64,000 bases of DNA, taken from contig JAFSVH010000087.1 of assembly GCA_017450215.1 (NCBI GenBank), forward strand, positions 48,287 through 112,286, in the 5' to 3' direction. The notes below the pieces were generated by a model that ran no database searches, had not been told where the DNA came from, and saw only the letters and a program-made list of their open reading frames with translations. Shown here in pieces: positions 20,216 to 31,352 of the stretch (positions are counted from its first letter, which is position 1; the number at the start of each line of letters is the position of its first letter). This stretch comes from Bacilli bacterium. Its GTDB lineage: Bacteria; Bacillota_I; Bacilli_A; ML615J-28; CAG-698. The translations under genes and the position numbers were made by a program.

Positions 20216-21028
20216 ATGAAAATATTAACAGTGCAAGATATATCATGTTATGGTCAATGCTCTACTACAGTAGCTTTACCTGTTCTTTCTAATTATGGAC
20301 ATGAAACTGTTATTCTCCCTTCAGCAATTCTTTCAACTCATACTGGAGGATTTAAGAATTTTACTGTTCATGATTTAACAGATGAGATGCCTAAAATCAT
20401 CTCACACTGGAAAAGCGAAAATATAACATTTGATGCTCTATATACAGGATATATTGGTGATGCAAGACAATTTGATTATATTTTAGATATTAAAAATAGT
20501 ATGATGAATAAAGGTGGGCTATTCTTTGTAGATCCTGCCATGGCAGATCATGGTAAGATGTATTATGGATTGGGAGAAGAAATTGTTAATGGAATGAGAA
20601 GAATGTGTGAAGTAGCAGATTATATACTTCCAAATATTACTGAAGCTTGCTTTTTAACAGGTACATCATATCAAGAAGTTCAAACTGAAGAATTCATTAA
20701 TACATTACTAGAAAGATTGTTAGCACTTGGTACTAAGAATGTTATTTTGACTGGATATGAAGTGGGTGGACAAATTGGTGCTATCGCTTATGATGGAAAG
20801 AATAAAGTATGTGTATTGAAAGATAAACAAATACCATCATATCATGGGACTGGAGATATTTTCTCTAGTGTTATTATTGGAAATATTTTAAATAACAAAT
20901 CAATGAAAGAAACATTGGATGATGCTACATCATTTATTGTAGATTCTATATTAGAAACTAGGTCAGATTCTACCCATGGATATGGTGTAAAATATGAACA
21001 AGTTATCTATAAGAAGTATTCTAAATAA
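20216..21028 (+). CDS. pdxK: Pyridoxal/pyridoxamine kinase (PfkB/HMPP kinase family)
   Basis: Pattern of the PdxK family ('DISCYGQ...', 'ALYTGYIGD', 'FVDPAMADHGK', C-terminal 'GTGDIFSS'). Adjacent to yggS. Confidence 0.65.
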   Translation: MKILTVQDISCYGQCSTTVALPVLSNYGHETVILPSAILSTHTGGFKNFTVHDLTDEMPKIISHWKSENITFDALYTGYIGDARQFDYILDIKNSMMNKGGLFFVDPAMADHGKMYYGLGEEIVNGMRRMCEVADYILPNITEACFLTGTSYQEVQTEEFINTLLERLLALGTKNVILTGYEVGGQIGAIAYDGKNKVCVLKDKQIPSYHGTGDIFSSVIIGNILNNKSMKETLDDATSFIVDSILETRSDSTHGYGVKYEQVIYKKYSK

Positions 21029-21051
21029 TTAAATAATTAAGGAGGTAATTT

Positions 21052-21444
21052 ATGAGTCCAAGAAAAAAGATTATGGCTATTACGCCAATTATGTGTTTGA
21101 TTATTTACCTAAGTTTAGGCTTTTTGATTAAAGAACCAAATATGTGGGGATGGGGATTGTTTGTTTTCTTACTTGTCCCAATTATGCCATATTTAATTGG
21201 TTTAAAGAAGTTAGTTATTTCAGTTTCAGCTACTATTACAATTGTATATGTAGTAGTCGGAAAATTATCAACTGTATTAAAATTTCCAGATGAACATGGA
21301 TTATGGCATCCATTGTGGATAATCTTCTTGCTTATTCCAGTTATTCATATTTTGATCACTCCAAATAAAAAGAAAGAAGAAAAGAAAGAACCTAAAAAAG
21401 AAGCATATGTAGATGTTGATAATAATACATATGATGCTAAATAA
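21052..21444 (+). CDS. Small membrane protein, unknown function
   Basis: Four hydrophobic helices; Lys/Glu-rich C-terminus. Confidence 0.4.
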   Translation: MSPRKKIMAITPIMCLIIYLSLGFLIKEPNMWGWGLFVFLLVPIMPYLIGLKKLVISVSATITIVYVVVGKLSTVLKFPDEHGLWHPLWIIFLLIPVIHILITPNKKKEEKKEPKKEAYVDVDNNTYDAK

Positions 21445-21463
21445 TTAGAAATTACGTAATATT

Positions 21464-21500
21464 AAAAAGGTCTATAGAAACTAATTCTATAGACCTTTTC
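21464..21500. terminator. Bidirectional terminator, perfect 15-bp inverted repeat AAAAGGTCTATAGAA/TTCTATAGACCTTTT
   Basis: Read directly; sits between the convergent genes ending at 21444 and 21537. Confidence 0.65.
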
Positions 21501-21536
21501 TAAACAATTCTATTAATAATTTTATTATTAATTTTA

Positions 21537-23327
21537 TTATTTCATAATATAATAAAGTGAATACCAATCTTTTCTTTCTTTTGCATACCTGCTATTCTTT
21601 AAGACATTGATTGAAAAATCAAGACTTGTGCGTTCAAAGAGTTCAGTTATTCCTTGCGTTCTTACTTGCATAATAAAGTCATCAATCATTTCATTACGAT
21701 ATTTAGTATCTAATGGTAGTCTTGTTATTTTTGCATAATAATATGAAAGGAATACATTATTAACACGTTTGAATATTTCTTTTTTATTTTTAACTGCTTG
21801 TAAAGCTTGATTTAAGATTTTACCAGCTTTATCTAAATTCTCATCAGTAAACATAGGATGATCACTATCATCATATAACCATAATTCATAAGGCTTTACT
21901 GCATCTTCCCAAAGATTAAGGTATTCTATGATATATGGACTAGCATCTTCATAATAAGCATTACAAAATTCTTTTATTAATTCATTTAAATCATAATTAG
22001 GATTCTTTAATAATCTAGCAGTAATATAACTTTTAAGTTCATCTAAATATCCTTTTCCACCTTGTGAGAAGTTACCTTCCATAAGGATGCCTTTTACATT
22101 ATATGCCTTATATAATTTAATGTTATCAGCCATACTTCTTATATTAGGGAAAGGAAGAAGATAATTTCGATAATTAACTGCATAATCCCAAATATATAAC
22201 CTATTAGTCATGTTGCTCCAACTATGTAGATCTTGTAAGAATAAATCATCACGTCCACCTGGGTTTTTACTTGCACTAACTCTTAATGGATTAGACCAAG
22301 AGCATTCAATGTTACATAGACGTACAATCACATTTTTATCAGGTATTACATTTGTTGGTGCTTTTCTTGAGAATTGATAAGCAAATGTATGAATTAGTTT
22401 ATCTGGATATTCTTTATTTATTTCCTTTGCTATTTTATTAACAAAGGAAATGATTGAACCACTTTGACTTCCGTTTTCTTCATCTATCTTTTTACAATTC
22501 TCACACTCGCAAGCCATTCTTGTAAAGTGCCCCATCCATTCATCTTGTGCAACACTGAATACTTTACATTCAGGATTATCTTTTATCCATTGTTTTACCT
22601 TTTTCACAACGATATTTAATACATCAGGATTAGATAAACATAATTCAGTATGTTCTTTAATTCTTTTTCCATCAATCATTGAGAAATATTCTGGATGTGA
22701 ATCAAAATATTCATTTGGGTTTATTAGGTCGGAGAATGAATGATGAAAATTATACCATTTAGTTTTTCCACCTAATTTATTAGATAGATCAGCAAGATTA
22801 CTATTTAAATAATTTTTAGATGCAAAAGATGAATTCCATGCATCAGTGAAATAAGCTTCACGATATTCAAATGGAAAATCAAAAACAATATCTAATGAAT
22901 CAAACATTATTATTTCTTTTTCATCCCATTTCTCACAATCAAATGTGAAACATTTAAAATTTATAGCAAGTTCAAGAAAATGATATACAGCATAAAGTGT
23001 TGCTCTTGGACTATTACCAACTATGATAATATCTTCATTATCGATTTCTCTTATTATAAATGCTTCATCAGATAAAGAATTTAAATCATTATAAATTTTA
23101 TCATATGCATTTTTGATTTGTTCATTATAATCATATCTTGAATTTTTACCGATTAAAATTTCTTTTCCTCTTTTTTTACATTTATCTGAAAAATATGGAA
23201 TAGAGCAAAGAGTAGATTTATATAAATATTTTGCAAGTTCAGTTGCAGCGAATCTTTCGCACTCACTTGCGTTAGTATTTGTGACTATATGGTAATCACT
23301 ATTTAAATTGTTTGTAAGTATAATCAT
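21537..23327 (-). CDS. Hypothetical cytoplasmic protein with a CxCxxC cluster; possibly a DUF4838-type glycoside-hydrolase-like protein
   Basis: Long ORF with good coding statistics and 'MACECENCKK' cysteine cluster. No signal peptide. Family assignment from memory only. Confidence 0.3.
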   Translation of the reverse strand: MIILTNNLNSDYHIVTNTNASECERFAATELAKYLYKSTLCSIPYFSDKCKKRGKEILIGKNSRYDYNEQIKNAYDKIYNDLNSLSDEAFIIREIDNEDIIIVGNSPRATLYAVYHFLELAINFKCFTFDCEKWDEKEIIMFDSLDIVFDFPFEYREAYFTDAWNSSFASKNYLNSNLADLSNKLGGKTKWYNFHHSFSDLINPNEYFDSHPEYFSMIDGKRIKEHTELCLSNPDVLNIVVKKVKQWIKDNPECKVFSVAQDEWMGHFTRMACECENCKKIDEENGSQSGSIISFVNKIAKEINKEYPDKLIHTFAYQFSRKAPTNVIPDKNVIVRLCNIECSWSNPLRVSASKNPGGRDDLFLQDLHSWSNMTNRLYIWDYAVNYRNYLLPFPNIRSMADNIKLYKAYNVKGILMEGNFSQGGKGYLDELKSYITARLLKNPNYDLNELIKEFCNAYYEDASPYIIEYLNLWEDAVKPYELWLYDDSDHPMFTDENLDKAGKILNQALQAVKNKKEIFKRVNNVFLSYYYAKITRLPLDTKYRNEMIDDFIMQVRTQGITELFERTSLDFSINVLKNSRYAKERKDWYSLYYIMK

Positions 23328-23640
23328 ATAATACTCCTAATAATTAATTGATAAATATATTATAATTCAAAGAAAACTAAAAATCAATTTTCGAATGAAA
23401 TAAGAAATATTTTGTAAATAATGATTCATTTATTAATTAATGATTAATGGTTAATTTATCTTATATAATTAATTGTTAAGAAAACTATAATATGTAATCA
23501 GTACATAAAAACAATTAAATAATTTAATAAAAGAATCAAAAAAGGGTTTTTATATGTAAACTAAAAGATTCCTTAAAGAAAAGAAAAAAATATTGACAAC
23601 GCTATTATTATTGTAATAAAATATGGTTGTGAGGTGAATT

Positions 23641-24552
23641 ATGAAAAAAATTAAAAAATCTATTTTCTCTTTTTTGTTGTTTTTATTATTTTCGTCTTTT
23701 TTTACACTATATATTGGAATAAATATTTATGGTGATGAAATAAGATATGGCGATTCAATTCTTGATGAATTTTATGCTCTTGATGATAGTATGCTTGAAT
23801 ATACAATTTATGGCTCTATGGAACCTTATTGGAGTTCAATCGATGATAATTTTGGCTATAATGTTGCTACACCAGGGACTTGTGTTAATCTTGCTACTGC
23901 AATGTATTTAGGATATTTTGATGATATTTATAATGACAATATTATTACAAATTCAAATTATGAACCTAATGATGGTATTGGGACTACTGAAGCTCTTCAT
24001 CAATATATGATAACTTATGGTGGAACAACAGGGCAACCAAATATTTTTAATACTGCTCTAACTGCATATTTTTCTAATCTTAGTCCCAACGTTTGTTTTG
24101 GTAATATTAGTTTCCAAACATATATTGGTTATAGTAATGCAGCTAATGTTTTGCAAAGTTACCCTTGTGTAGGCTTTTTTAGTGATGGTGAAACAGGACA
24201 TTGTGTTGTAACATGTGGAATTCTTGAATATAATAATGAAGAATTTGTTTTATGTCATATCGGTCATCATGTAAATCAACCGATTAGATTTATCCCTACT
24301 AGTTATTTTGTGGAATGTCGAAGAGTAGTTGGTCTTGAGTATGTTACTGGACATCAATATCTTTATGTTATGTATCCTAATAATCATAGTTTGGGCCATA
24401 TAAAAAATTGTGTAGATTGTGATTATTCCGCTTTTGAAGCACATAATTTAATTTCTATAGGCTTAAATAGATATCAATGTACTAAATGTGGATATACATT
24501 TAGATCAAATGGCCCTGTTCATGGTATTGAAAATATAGAATTAGGAGATTAA
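23641..24552 (+). CDS. Secreted hypothetical protein with C-terminal Cys-rich/zinc-ribbon-like region
   Basis: Signal peptide 'MKKIKKSIFSFLLFLLFSSFF'. C-terminal 'CVDCDY...CTKCGY'. Confidence 0.4.
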   Translation: MKKIKKSIFSFLLFLLFSSFFTLYIGINIYGDEIRYGDSILDEFYALDDSMLEYTIYGSMEPYWSSIDDNFGYNVATPGTCVNLATAMYLGYFDDIYNDNIITNSNYEPNDGIGTTEALHQYMITYGGTTGQPNIFNTALTAYFSNLSPNVCFGNISFQTYIGYSNAANVLQSYPCVGFFSDGETGHCVVTCGILEYNNEEFVLCHIGHHVNQPIRFIPTSYFVECRRVVGLEYVTGHQYLYVMYPNNHSLGHIKNCVDCDYSAFEAHNLISIGLNRYQCTKCGYTFRSNGPVHGIENIELGD

Positions 24553-24557
24553 TTATT

Positions 24558-25610
24558 ATGAGAAAAAATACTTTAATATTACCACTATTTTTAATAATTC
24601 TATTCTTATTAGTAGCCGGTCTATTAACAGCTTGTGAATATAAAAATGATGATGAAACACATATTAAATATAACAAATCATCATTAATGATTGGAGAATC
24701 TATTACTCCAACATTATGGAATGTTACAGATTGTAAAATAAGAACTAATGAAAAATTAAGAATGCTTGATGATGGAACAATAGTTGCAATGGAAAGTGGA
24801 CTTGGAATTGTGACTGTTGCTTTTGGAAGTGAAATAATTCAAACAATTGAATTAGAAATTTTTGCTAATGAGCTTGAATTTGATAAGTATTATCCAGATT
24901 ATATTACTATTTATGTAGGTGAAGAATTTAAGATTAAACCTCAAATTAAGACATTTTGTAAGTATAAATCTTCGAATAATGAAATTGTGAATAAAAGTGA
25001 AGTTAATAATAATATAGAATATAATGTAAAATATGATGATAAGATTGTAGTTTATGATTATAATGATAATATGATAAAAGCAATTGGTGAAGGTAAAGCA
25101 GAGATTGTTTTTGAATGCGATGGATTAGAAAAAAAACTAACATTATATGTTCTAGATGAAAATAAGATTTATGATTTTAATCTTCTTAATTCATTTTATT
25201 TTTCTTATAATATAGAGAAAAGTAATAATGATTTTATAAATAGAATTATGATGATTGGAAAAGGAACATTTGAATATGTTGTTCCTAGTGGTTTAGAATA
25301 TCAAAATATCTATGGTTGTCCTAGATATGAAACAGAAGATGGTGAATTGTATTTATACGGTAGATTTGAAAATGATGAATATGCTTTTTTCAAAATTATT
25401 GAATGTGAGACTAGTGAAGATGGAAAAATATTAAATAGCGATTATGAATATGCATACCCATATAATATTTCAAAAACTAAATTTGTGATTTTAGATGAAG
25501 TATATTCTCTTTCAGGTGAAGGAAAGTTAAATAAAAATGATGACTTAACTCAAAAAATGGTTCAAATTTTATATGATTATACTCACCCAACTGAAGTATT
25601 ATATCATTAA
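24558..25610 (+). CDS. Lipoprotein, unknown function
   Basis: Lipobox 'LLTACEY'. 4-bp gap from the upstream gene. Confidence 0.4.
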   Translation: MRKNTLILPLFLIILFLLVAGLLTACEYKNDDETHIKYNKSSLMIGESITPTLWNVTDCKIRTNEKLRMLDDGTIVAMESGLGIVTVAFGSEIIQTIELEIFANELEFDKYYPDYITIYVGEEFKIKPQIKTFCKYKSSNNEIVNKSEVNNNIEYNVKYDDKIVVYDYNDNMIKAIGEGKAEIVFECDGLEKKLTLYVLDENKIYDFNLLNSFYFSYNIEKSNNDFINRIMMIGKGTFEYVVPSGLEYQNIYGCPRYETEDGELYLYGRFENDEYAFFKIIECETSEDGKILNSDYEYAYPYNISKTKFVILDEVYSLSGEGKLNKNDDLTQKMVQILYDYTHPTEVLYH

Positions 25611-25643
25611 AAATTAATATTTAATTTATCTATAATTATCTAA

Positions 25644-25685
25644 GAAGACCTAATTAGTTAAATAATGTCTAGTTAGGTTTTTTAA
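25644..25685 (+). terminator. Terminator AAGACCTAATTAG ... CTAGTTAGGTTTTTT
   Basis: 12-bp inverted repeat with one mismatch followed by a T-run. Confidence 0.5.
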
Positions 25686-25813
25686 TTATTATCAAGATTT
25701 AAAGCTTTCAAATAGTAAACAATAATTTTAAAGATAGTACTTTTTAATTATAATAAAATATTTGAATTGTTTTTTTTGTGCTCAAATGTTATACTGAATA
25801 ATAGAGGTAGATT

Positions 25814-27487
25814 ATGAGTAATATAAAGTTTTTTGCACTTGGTGGCTTGGGTGAAGATGGTATGAATATTTATATTTGTGATTGTGATAATCAAATATTT
25901 ATTCTTGATGCAGGTCTCAAATTTCCAAATTCAGAATTATTAGGAGTTGATAATGTTTATCCAAACATTAATTATCTCATAGAAAATGAAGATAGAATTG
26001 CTGGTTTATTTTTAACCCATGCTCATGATGAGAATATAGGTGCAGCAATAGAAATAATTAAAAAGTTTAATATTAAGGTTTTTGGCTCTTTTTTTACTCT
26101 TTCTGTTTTGGAAAGTAGAATTGAAGATGAGGGCTTGAATGTTAGTGATTATAAATTATACAAAATTAATGAAACAAAGACACTTAAATTTGATAGTGCT
26201 ACTGTTGAATTTTATTTTGTATGTCATAACATTCCTGAAACAGCTAATATTGCTATTATTACAGATGATGGTGCATTTGTTTATGCTCCAGATTTCACAT
26301 TTGATATCATTAATGATAAAAGATATCGAATTAATTTCGATAAGATTACATCAATTGGTAGAAGTGGTGTTTTAGCATTGGCTTGTGGAAGCATGGGAGT
26401 GAATAACGTTAATGGTACACATAATAATAATGCATTAGAATATAATGTTAGTCAGCTAGCAATGAAGGATAAACGTATTATTATTTCTATGTATTCTACT
26501 GATTTGATTAAGCTACAAAGAGTAATTAATATTTGTATGTCTTATAATAGAAGAGTTGCTATATTTGGAAGAAAAACTCAAAGACTAATCTCTTCAGCAT
26601 TGACACATAAATATTTTTATGTTGATGAAGCAAAGCTTATTAATCTTAGATTTATGGATGATATTAATCAAAATAAAGATAAAGATCTTGCAATTATTGT
26701 TACTGGTGAACGTCATGAACCATATTTCTCTATTCAAAGAATGTGTAGAGGTTTAGATAAATTAATTAAAATTGATAGCGATGATGAAGTATTATTTATT
26801 GCTCCAGTAGATGCTAATTGCGAACGAATTGCTTCACGTGCAATGGATGAAATTTTGATGGCTGGTGCTAAATATTATTATATGAGGGAAGAAGAATTAA
26901 GAAGTGGTTATGCTGATGGTGAAGAATTAAAGATTCTTTATGATATGCTTAAACCAAAATATTTGATTCCGATTGTTGGTGAATATCGTCATCAATTTGT
27001 TCATCGAAAAATAGCCTTACAATATGGATTTAAAGATAGGGATATTGTGATGCTAGAAAATGGAGATGTTCTTGAAATAGAAAATGGCGATATTAAAAGC
27101 ATTGAAAAAGGCAAAATTGAATGCGGTGATGTTTTAGTTGATGGTTCATTTGTTGGTACTAATGTAAATGATGTAGTACTAAGAGATAGAGAATTATTAA
27201 GTGAAGAAGGTATTATTGTAGTTTCTATTTTAATCAATAAAACTAAAAAAGAAATAATTGATGGACCTATTGTGAAAAGCAGTGGTTATATCTTTGAAGA
27301 TGGTGAACCTACTATTGATGATTTAAAGAATGAAGCAATTAAATTTATGAATTTATATTTTAAAATGGTTATTGATAACACTGGACCATCATGTAATGAA
27401 TTGTTAAGAGATTATTTGTTGAGATATATGTTTCCAAAAATTCAAAAAAGACCAATTATTGTTCCAGGAGTTATTGCAATTATATAA
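25814..27487 (+). CDS. rnj: Ribonuclease J (metallo-beta-lactamase/beta-CASP)
   Basis: 'FLTHAHDENIGA' MBL motif. 557 aa. N-terminal 'FFALGGLGEDGMN' typical of RNase J. Confidence 0.8.
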   Translation: MSNIKFFALGGLGEDGMNIYICDCDNQIFILDAGLKFPNSELLGVDNVYPNINYLIENEDRIAGLFLTHAHDENIGAAIEIIKKFNIKVFGSFFTLSVLESRIEDEGLNVSDYKLYKINETKTLKFDSATVEFYFVCHNIPETANIAIITDDGAFVYAPDFTFDIINDKRYRINFDKITSIGRSGVLALACGSMGVNNVNGTHNNNALEYNVSQLAMKDKRIIISMYSTDLIKLQRVINICMSYNRRVAIFGRKTQRLISSALTHKYFYVDEAKLINLRFMDDINQNKDKDLAIIVTGERHEPYFSIQRMCRGLDKLIKIDSDDEVLFIAPVDANCERIASRAMDEILMAGAKYYYMREEELRSGYADGEELKILYDMLKPKYLIPIVGEYRHQFVHRKIALQYGFKDRDIVMLENGDVLEIENGDIKSIEKGKIECGDVLVDGSFVGTNVNDVVLRDRELLSEEGIIVVSILINKTKKEIIDGPIVKSSGYIFEDGEPTIDDLKNEAIKFMNLYFKMVIDNTGPSCNELLRDYLLRYMFPKIQKRPIIVPGVIAII

Positions 27488-27559
27488 TAATTGGTATATA
27501 ATCGAATAAGCAAAAAAAGGCAATGATTAAAGAATTTAATGAATGTGGTATATAGAGAT

Positions 27560-27760
27560 AAATGGGGTGGTGCAACATTTAAAAAGCGTTCATTAATGCT
27601 ACTTTATAGCTGAGAGTAATGATCTACGTTTATTGGCGTTAACAATAAAATGAGTGCAAACATATGATATGTTTGAAATAGGATGGTACCGCGATAATAA
27701 TCGCTCCTATATAGGATTGAAATTTATTCTAATTTCGTTTTATATAGGATTTTTTATTTC
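27560..27760 (+). promoter_or_regulatory. T-box riboswitch leader upstream of alaS (likely Ala specifier GCU), boundaries approximate
   Basis: T-box consensus 'AATAGGATGGTACCGCG' at about 27678-27695. Candidate specifier region 'AGCUGAGAG'. Downstream AT-rich palindromes 'CCTATATAGG' / 'TATATAGGATTTTTT' could form the terminator. Position 5' of an aminoacyl-tRNA synthetase gene is the classical context. Confidence 0.5.
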
Positions 27761-27837
27761 CTATTTTTGTAAATTAGAATAAAGAAAAAATATAAATTAT
27801 AGAAGAATTATAGAAGAATTATAGAAGGAATATTAAA

Positions 27838-30528
27838 ATGAAAAAATTAAAAGGTTATGAAATAAGACAAATGTGGTTAGATTTCTTTAAGAGTAAAGGA
27901 CATGATGTAATCCCTTCAGCATCTTTGATTCCATATAATGATCCAACATTATTATGGATTAATGCTGGTGTTGCACCATTAAAAAAATATTTTGATGGTA
28001 GAGAAGTTCCTCAAAATAAAAGAATGACAAATGCACAAAAATCAATAAGAACAAATGATATTGAGAATGTTGGTAAAACAGCAAGACATCATACCTTCTT
28101 TGAAATGTTAGGTAATTTCTCAGTTGGTGATTATTTTAGAGATGAAGCACTAACTTGGGCTATTGAATTATTAACTAGTAAAGAATGGTTTGATTTTGAT
28201 ATCAATAAACTATATTTTACTTATTATCCTAATGATTTAGATACCTATAATAAATGGATTGAATGTGGAGTAGATCCAAGTCATTTGGTTCCTGTTAAAG
28301 GCAATTTCTGGGAGATTGGTGAAGGACCATGTGGACCTGATACAGAGATTTTCTTTGATCGTGGTGTTAAATACGATAAGGATAATATTGGACCTAGACT
28401 TATTAAGGATGATATTGAAAATGATCGATATATTGAGATTTGGAATATCGTATTTTCTCAATTTAACGCAAAAGCTGGAGTGAAGAGAGAAGATTATAAA
28501 GAATTGCCTTCAAAGAATATTGATACTGGTTGTGGTTTAGAACGTATGGCATGTGTAATGCAAGAAGTTGAAACTAATTATGATACTGATTTATTCATGC
28601 CTATTATTAATAAGACAGAAGAAATTACTGGAAAAACATATGATGGATCAATGCCATTTAAAGTAATAGCAGATCATGTAAGAAGTACTGTCTTTGCTTT
28701 ATCTGATGGAGCAAGTTTTTCTAATGAAGGAAGAGGCTATGTTTTAAGAAGAATTTTAAGACGTGCTGTAAGATATGGTAAAAAGCTTGGAATGAATGAA
28801 GCATTCCTTTATAGATTAGTAAAACCATGTGTTGATAATATGAAGGTTTTCTATCCATATTTATTAGAAAAAGAAGAATTAGTTACTAAACAAATTAAAT
28901 TAGAAGAAGAGAAATTCTTATCAACTTTAGAAAGTGGTGAAAAGAGATTATTAAATTATATTAATAATAATAGTGGTGTTAAAGTAATTGGAAAAGACAT
29001 TGCTTTCCAATTATTTGATACATTTGGTTTCCCACTTGAATTGACTCTAGAAGTTGCTAGTGAATATGGTTTAGAAGTTGATGTTGAAGGGTTTAATAAT
29101 GAACTTGCAAGACAAAAGAAGATGTCAAGGGAAGCAAGAGGAAAACTTAATTCAATGTCTACACAAAATGAAGCAATGATGAAGAATACATTTAAAGCTG
29201 ATTTTATCGGATATGATACTTTAAGTTGCGATAGCTTTGTGAAATACATTTATTCAAATGGTGAAGAAGTTAGTGAAGCTAGTGGTAAAGTGTTAGTTAT
29301 TTTTGATAAGACTCCATTCTATGCTGAAAATGGTGGTCAAATTGGAGATAGAGGAACAATTTTACTTAATGGTGAAGAATTTGATTGCTTAGATACTATT
29401 AAGATGCCAAATGGTTGTTCTAGTAGTGTTATTGATATGATGGAAGTTAGTTTAAAAGTTGGTGATGAGGTTAAATGTATAGTCGATAGTGATTTTAGAT
29501 TAAGTATTACTAAAAACCATTCAGCAACTCACCTTTTAAATGAAGCATTAAGAGAAGTTGTGGGATCTCATGTTTTCCAACAAGGTTCAAATGTGGCTAA
29601 TAATGTTCTTCGTTTTGACTTTAATAATTTCGACCCTTTAACAAACTCACAAATATTGACTATTGAAGCAATTGTTAATGAAAAAATTAAAGAAGGTTTA
29701 ACTGTTGATATAAGTGAAATGGATATTAATAAAGCAAAAGAAAAAGGAGCTCAAGCTGTCTTTGGTGAGAAATATGGTAAAGTAGTAAGAGTAGTTGATA
29801 TGGGTTATTCTATTGAATTATGTGGTGGTTGCCATGTTAAGAATACAAAAGAGATTGAGCGTTTTGCTATTTTAGGTTTAGAAAGCAAGGGATCTGGTAT
29901 CTTTAGAGTAACTGCTTGTAGCAGTGATTTTGTTGAAGAGGAAATTGATAATGTACTTGTTAATGTTTATAAAGAGATTAATACATTAGAAGCAAAGATC
30001 GATGAACTTGCTAAGAACTTAAATGTTGATGCTAATTTAAATAAACCTGATGTATGGAAGAATAGTTATTTATATATTGTGAAAACTAAAGAATATTTAG
30101 AAGAATTAAAAGAAAAAGCAAAAGAATTATCTAAGCTTGCTATGAAGCAACAAAAAGAATCAAGTGTAAGTTTAGATGATTATGTAGCTAAGATGATAAC
30201 TATTAAAGATGCAAAAGTTCTCACTTGTAAAGTTAGTGAAAATAGCGGTCTTGATGTCAATAAATTAAAAGATTTAAGTGATAAATTGGCTGATAAAGTT
30301 GGTAAATCAGTAATAGTATTGGCTTTAGTAAGCAATGGTAAAGTTGTATTTGTAGTTAAGAGTAAAGTGGCTCAAGTTAATGCAGGAATGATTGCAAAAC
30401 TAGTTGCAACTATTACTGGTGGTAATGGTGGTGGTAGACCAGATTTTGCTCAATCTGGTGGAAAAGTTGCATCTAAGGTTGATGAAGCTCTTGTAGCTGT
30501 TAATAAAGAATTAGAGAGCTTAATCTAA
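27838..30528 (+). CDS. alaS: Alanine--tRNA ligase
   Basis: 896 aa. Class II motifs, 'HSATHLL' editing-domain HxxxH, C-terminal DHHA1-like 'GGNGGGRPDFAQ'. Confidence 0.95.
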   Translation: MKKLKGYEIRQMWLDFFKSKGHDVIPSASLIPYNDPTLLWINAGVAPLKKYFDGREVPQNKRMTNAQKSIRTNDIENVGKTARHHTFFEMLGNFSVGDYFRDEALTWAIELLTSKEWFDFDINKLYFTYYPNDLDTYNKWIECGVDPSHLVPVKGNFWEIGEGPCGPDTEIFFDRGVKYDKDNIGPRLIKDDIENDRYIEIWNIVFSQFNAKAGVKREDYKELPSKNIDTGCGLERMACVMQEVETNYDTDLFMPIINKTEEITGKTYDGSMPFKVIADHVRSTVFALSDGASFSNEGRGYVLRRILRRAVRYGKKLGMNEAFLYRLVKPCVDNMKVFYPYLLEKEELVTKQIKLEEEKFLSTLESGEKRLLNYINNNSGVKVIGKDIAFQLFDTFGFPLELTLEVASEYGLEVDVEGFNNELARQKKMSREARGKLNSMSTQNEAMMKNTFKADFIGYDTLSCDSFVKYIYSNGEEVSEASGKVLVIFDKTPFYAENGGQIGDRGTILLNGEEFDCLDTIKMPNGCSSSVIDMMEVSLKVGDEVKCIVDSDFRLSITKNHSATHLLNEALREVVGSHVFQQGSNVANNVLRFDFNNFDPLTNSQILTIEAIVNEKIKEGLTVDISEMDINKAKEKGAQAVFGEKYGKVVRVVDMGYSIELCGGCHVKNTKEIERFAILGLESKGSGIFRVTACSSDFVEEEIDNVLVNVYKEINTLEAKIDELAKNLNVDANLNKPDVWKNSYLYIVKTKEYLEELKEKAKELSKLAMKQQKESSVSLDDYVAKMITIKDAKVLTCKVSENSGLDVNKLKDLSDKLADKVGKSVIVLALVSNGKVVFVVKSKVAQVNAGMIAKLVATITGGNGGGRPDFAQSGGKVASKVDEALVAVNKELESLI

Positions 30529-30536
30529 ATGGTGAA

Positions 30537-30962
30537 GTGATGAAAATACTTGGAATTGATTTAGGCTCTAAAACCGTAGGAATGGCCATCTCTGATTATT
30601 TGGAGATTGTTGCAACACCTATTGGCACAAGCACTATAGAAGAAAATAACTTGGTTCAAGCATTGGAGTGTGTTAAAATAGTAGTGAAGGAAAGAGATGT
30701 AAAAAAAATAGTTTTAGGTTTACCTAAAAATATGGATGGAACTGAAGGTTACCAATCTGAATATTCTCTTAATTTCAAAAAAATGTTAGAGGAAGAATTA
30801 AAACTTCCTGTTGTAATGCTAGATGAACGTTTGACTACGCGTATGGCTCATAGTGTAATGCTACAAGCAGATATGAGTAGAAATAAAAGAAAGCAAAATG
30901 TCGATAAGATTGCAGCTACAATAATATTACAAACATATTTAGATACTCAAGCAAGACATTAA
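30537..30962 (+). CDS. ruvX: Holliday junction resolvase-like protein RuvX/YqgF
   Basis: 'ILGIDLGSKTVGMAISD' N-terminal motif. 141 aa. Conserved position after alaS. Confidence 0.85.
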   Translation: MMKILGIDLGSKTVGMAISDYLEIVATPIGTSTIEENNLVQALECVKIVVKERDVKKIVLGLPKNMDGTEGYQSEYSLNFKKMLEEELKLPVVMLDERLTTRMAHSVMLQADMSRNKRKQNVDKIAATIILQTYLDTQARH

Positions 30963-30988
30963 TATTAATAAGAAAAGGAGAAATAAAC

Positions 30989-31327
30989 ATGGCAAAAGAA
31001 AAAATTGTAAAAGAAGAAGTAGAAGTTAATGAAACACAAATTTCATTCGTAAAGGAAGATGGAACAGAAGAATTATGTCAAATTCTATTCACATTTGAAG
31101 ATGAAGAAACAAAGAAAAGTTATATGTTTTTCTATCCAATAAGTGTTGCTGATGAAGCAAGTGAAGATGAGGATATTGAAGTATATTGTGCAACATATGA
31201 ACTTATTAATGGTGAACTTGCTAATATTAAAGAAGTGGATAGCAGTGATGAAAAAGAAAATAAATTAATTGAAGAAGTATTCAATCAATATTTAGAAGAT
31301 TGTGCTTTAGAGGATGATGAAGAATAA
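30989..31327 (+). CDS. DUF1292 family small acidic protein
   Basis: Conserved alaS-ruvX-DUF1292 gene order in Firmicutes. Acidic 112-aa protein. Confidence 0.55.
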   Translation: MAKEKIVKEEVEVNETQISFVKEDGTEELCQILFTFEDEETKKSYMFFYPISVADEASEDEDIEVYCATYELINGELANIKEVDSSDEKENKLIEEVFNQYLEDCALEDDEE

Positions 31328-31352
31328 TTTGGGAATTCGTTAATAATAATTA

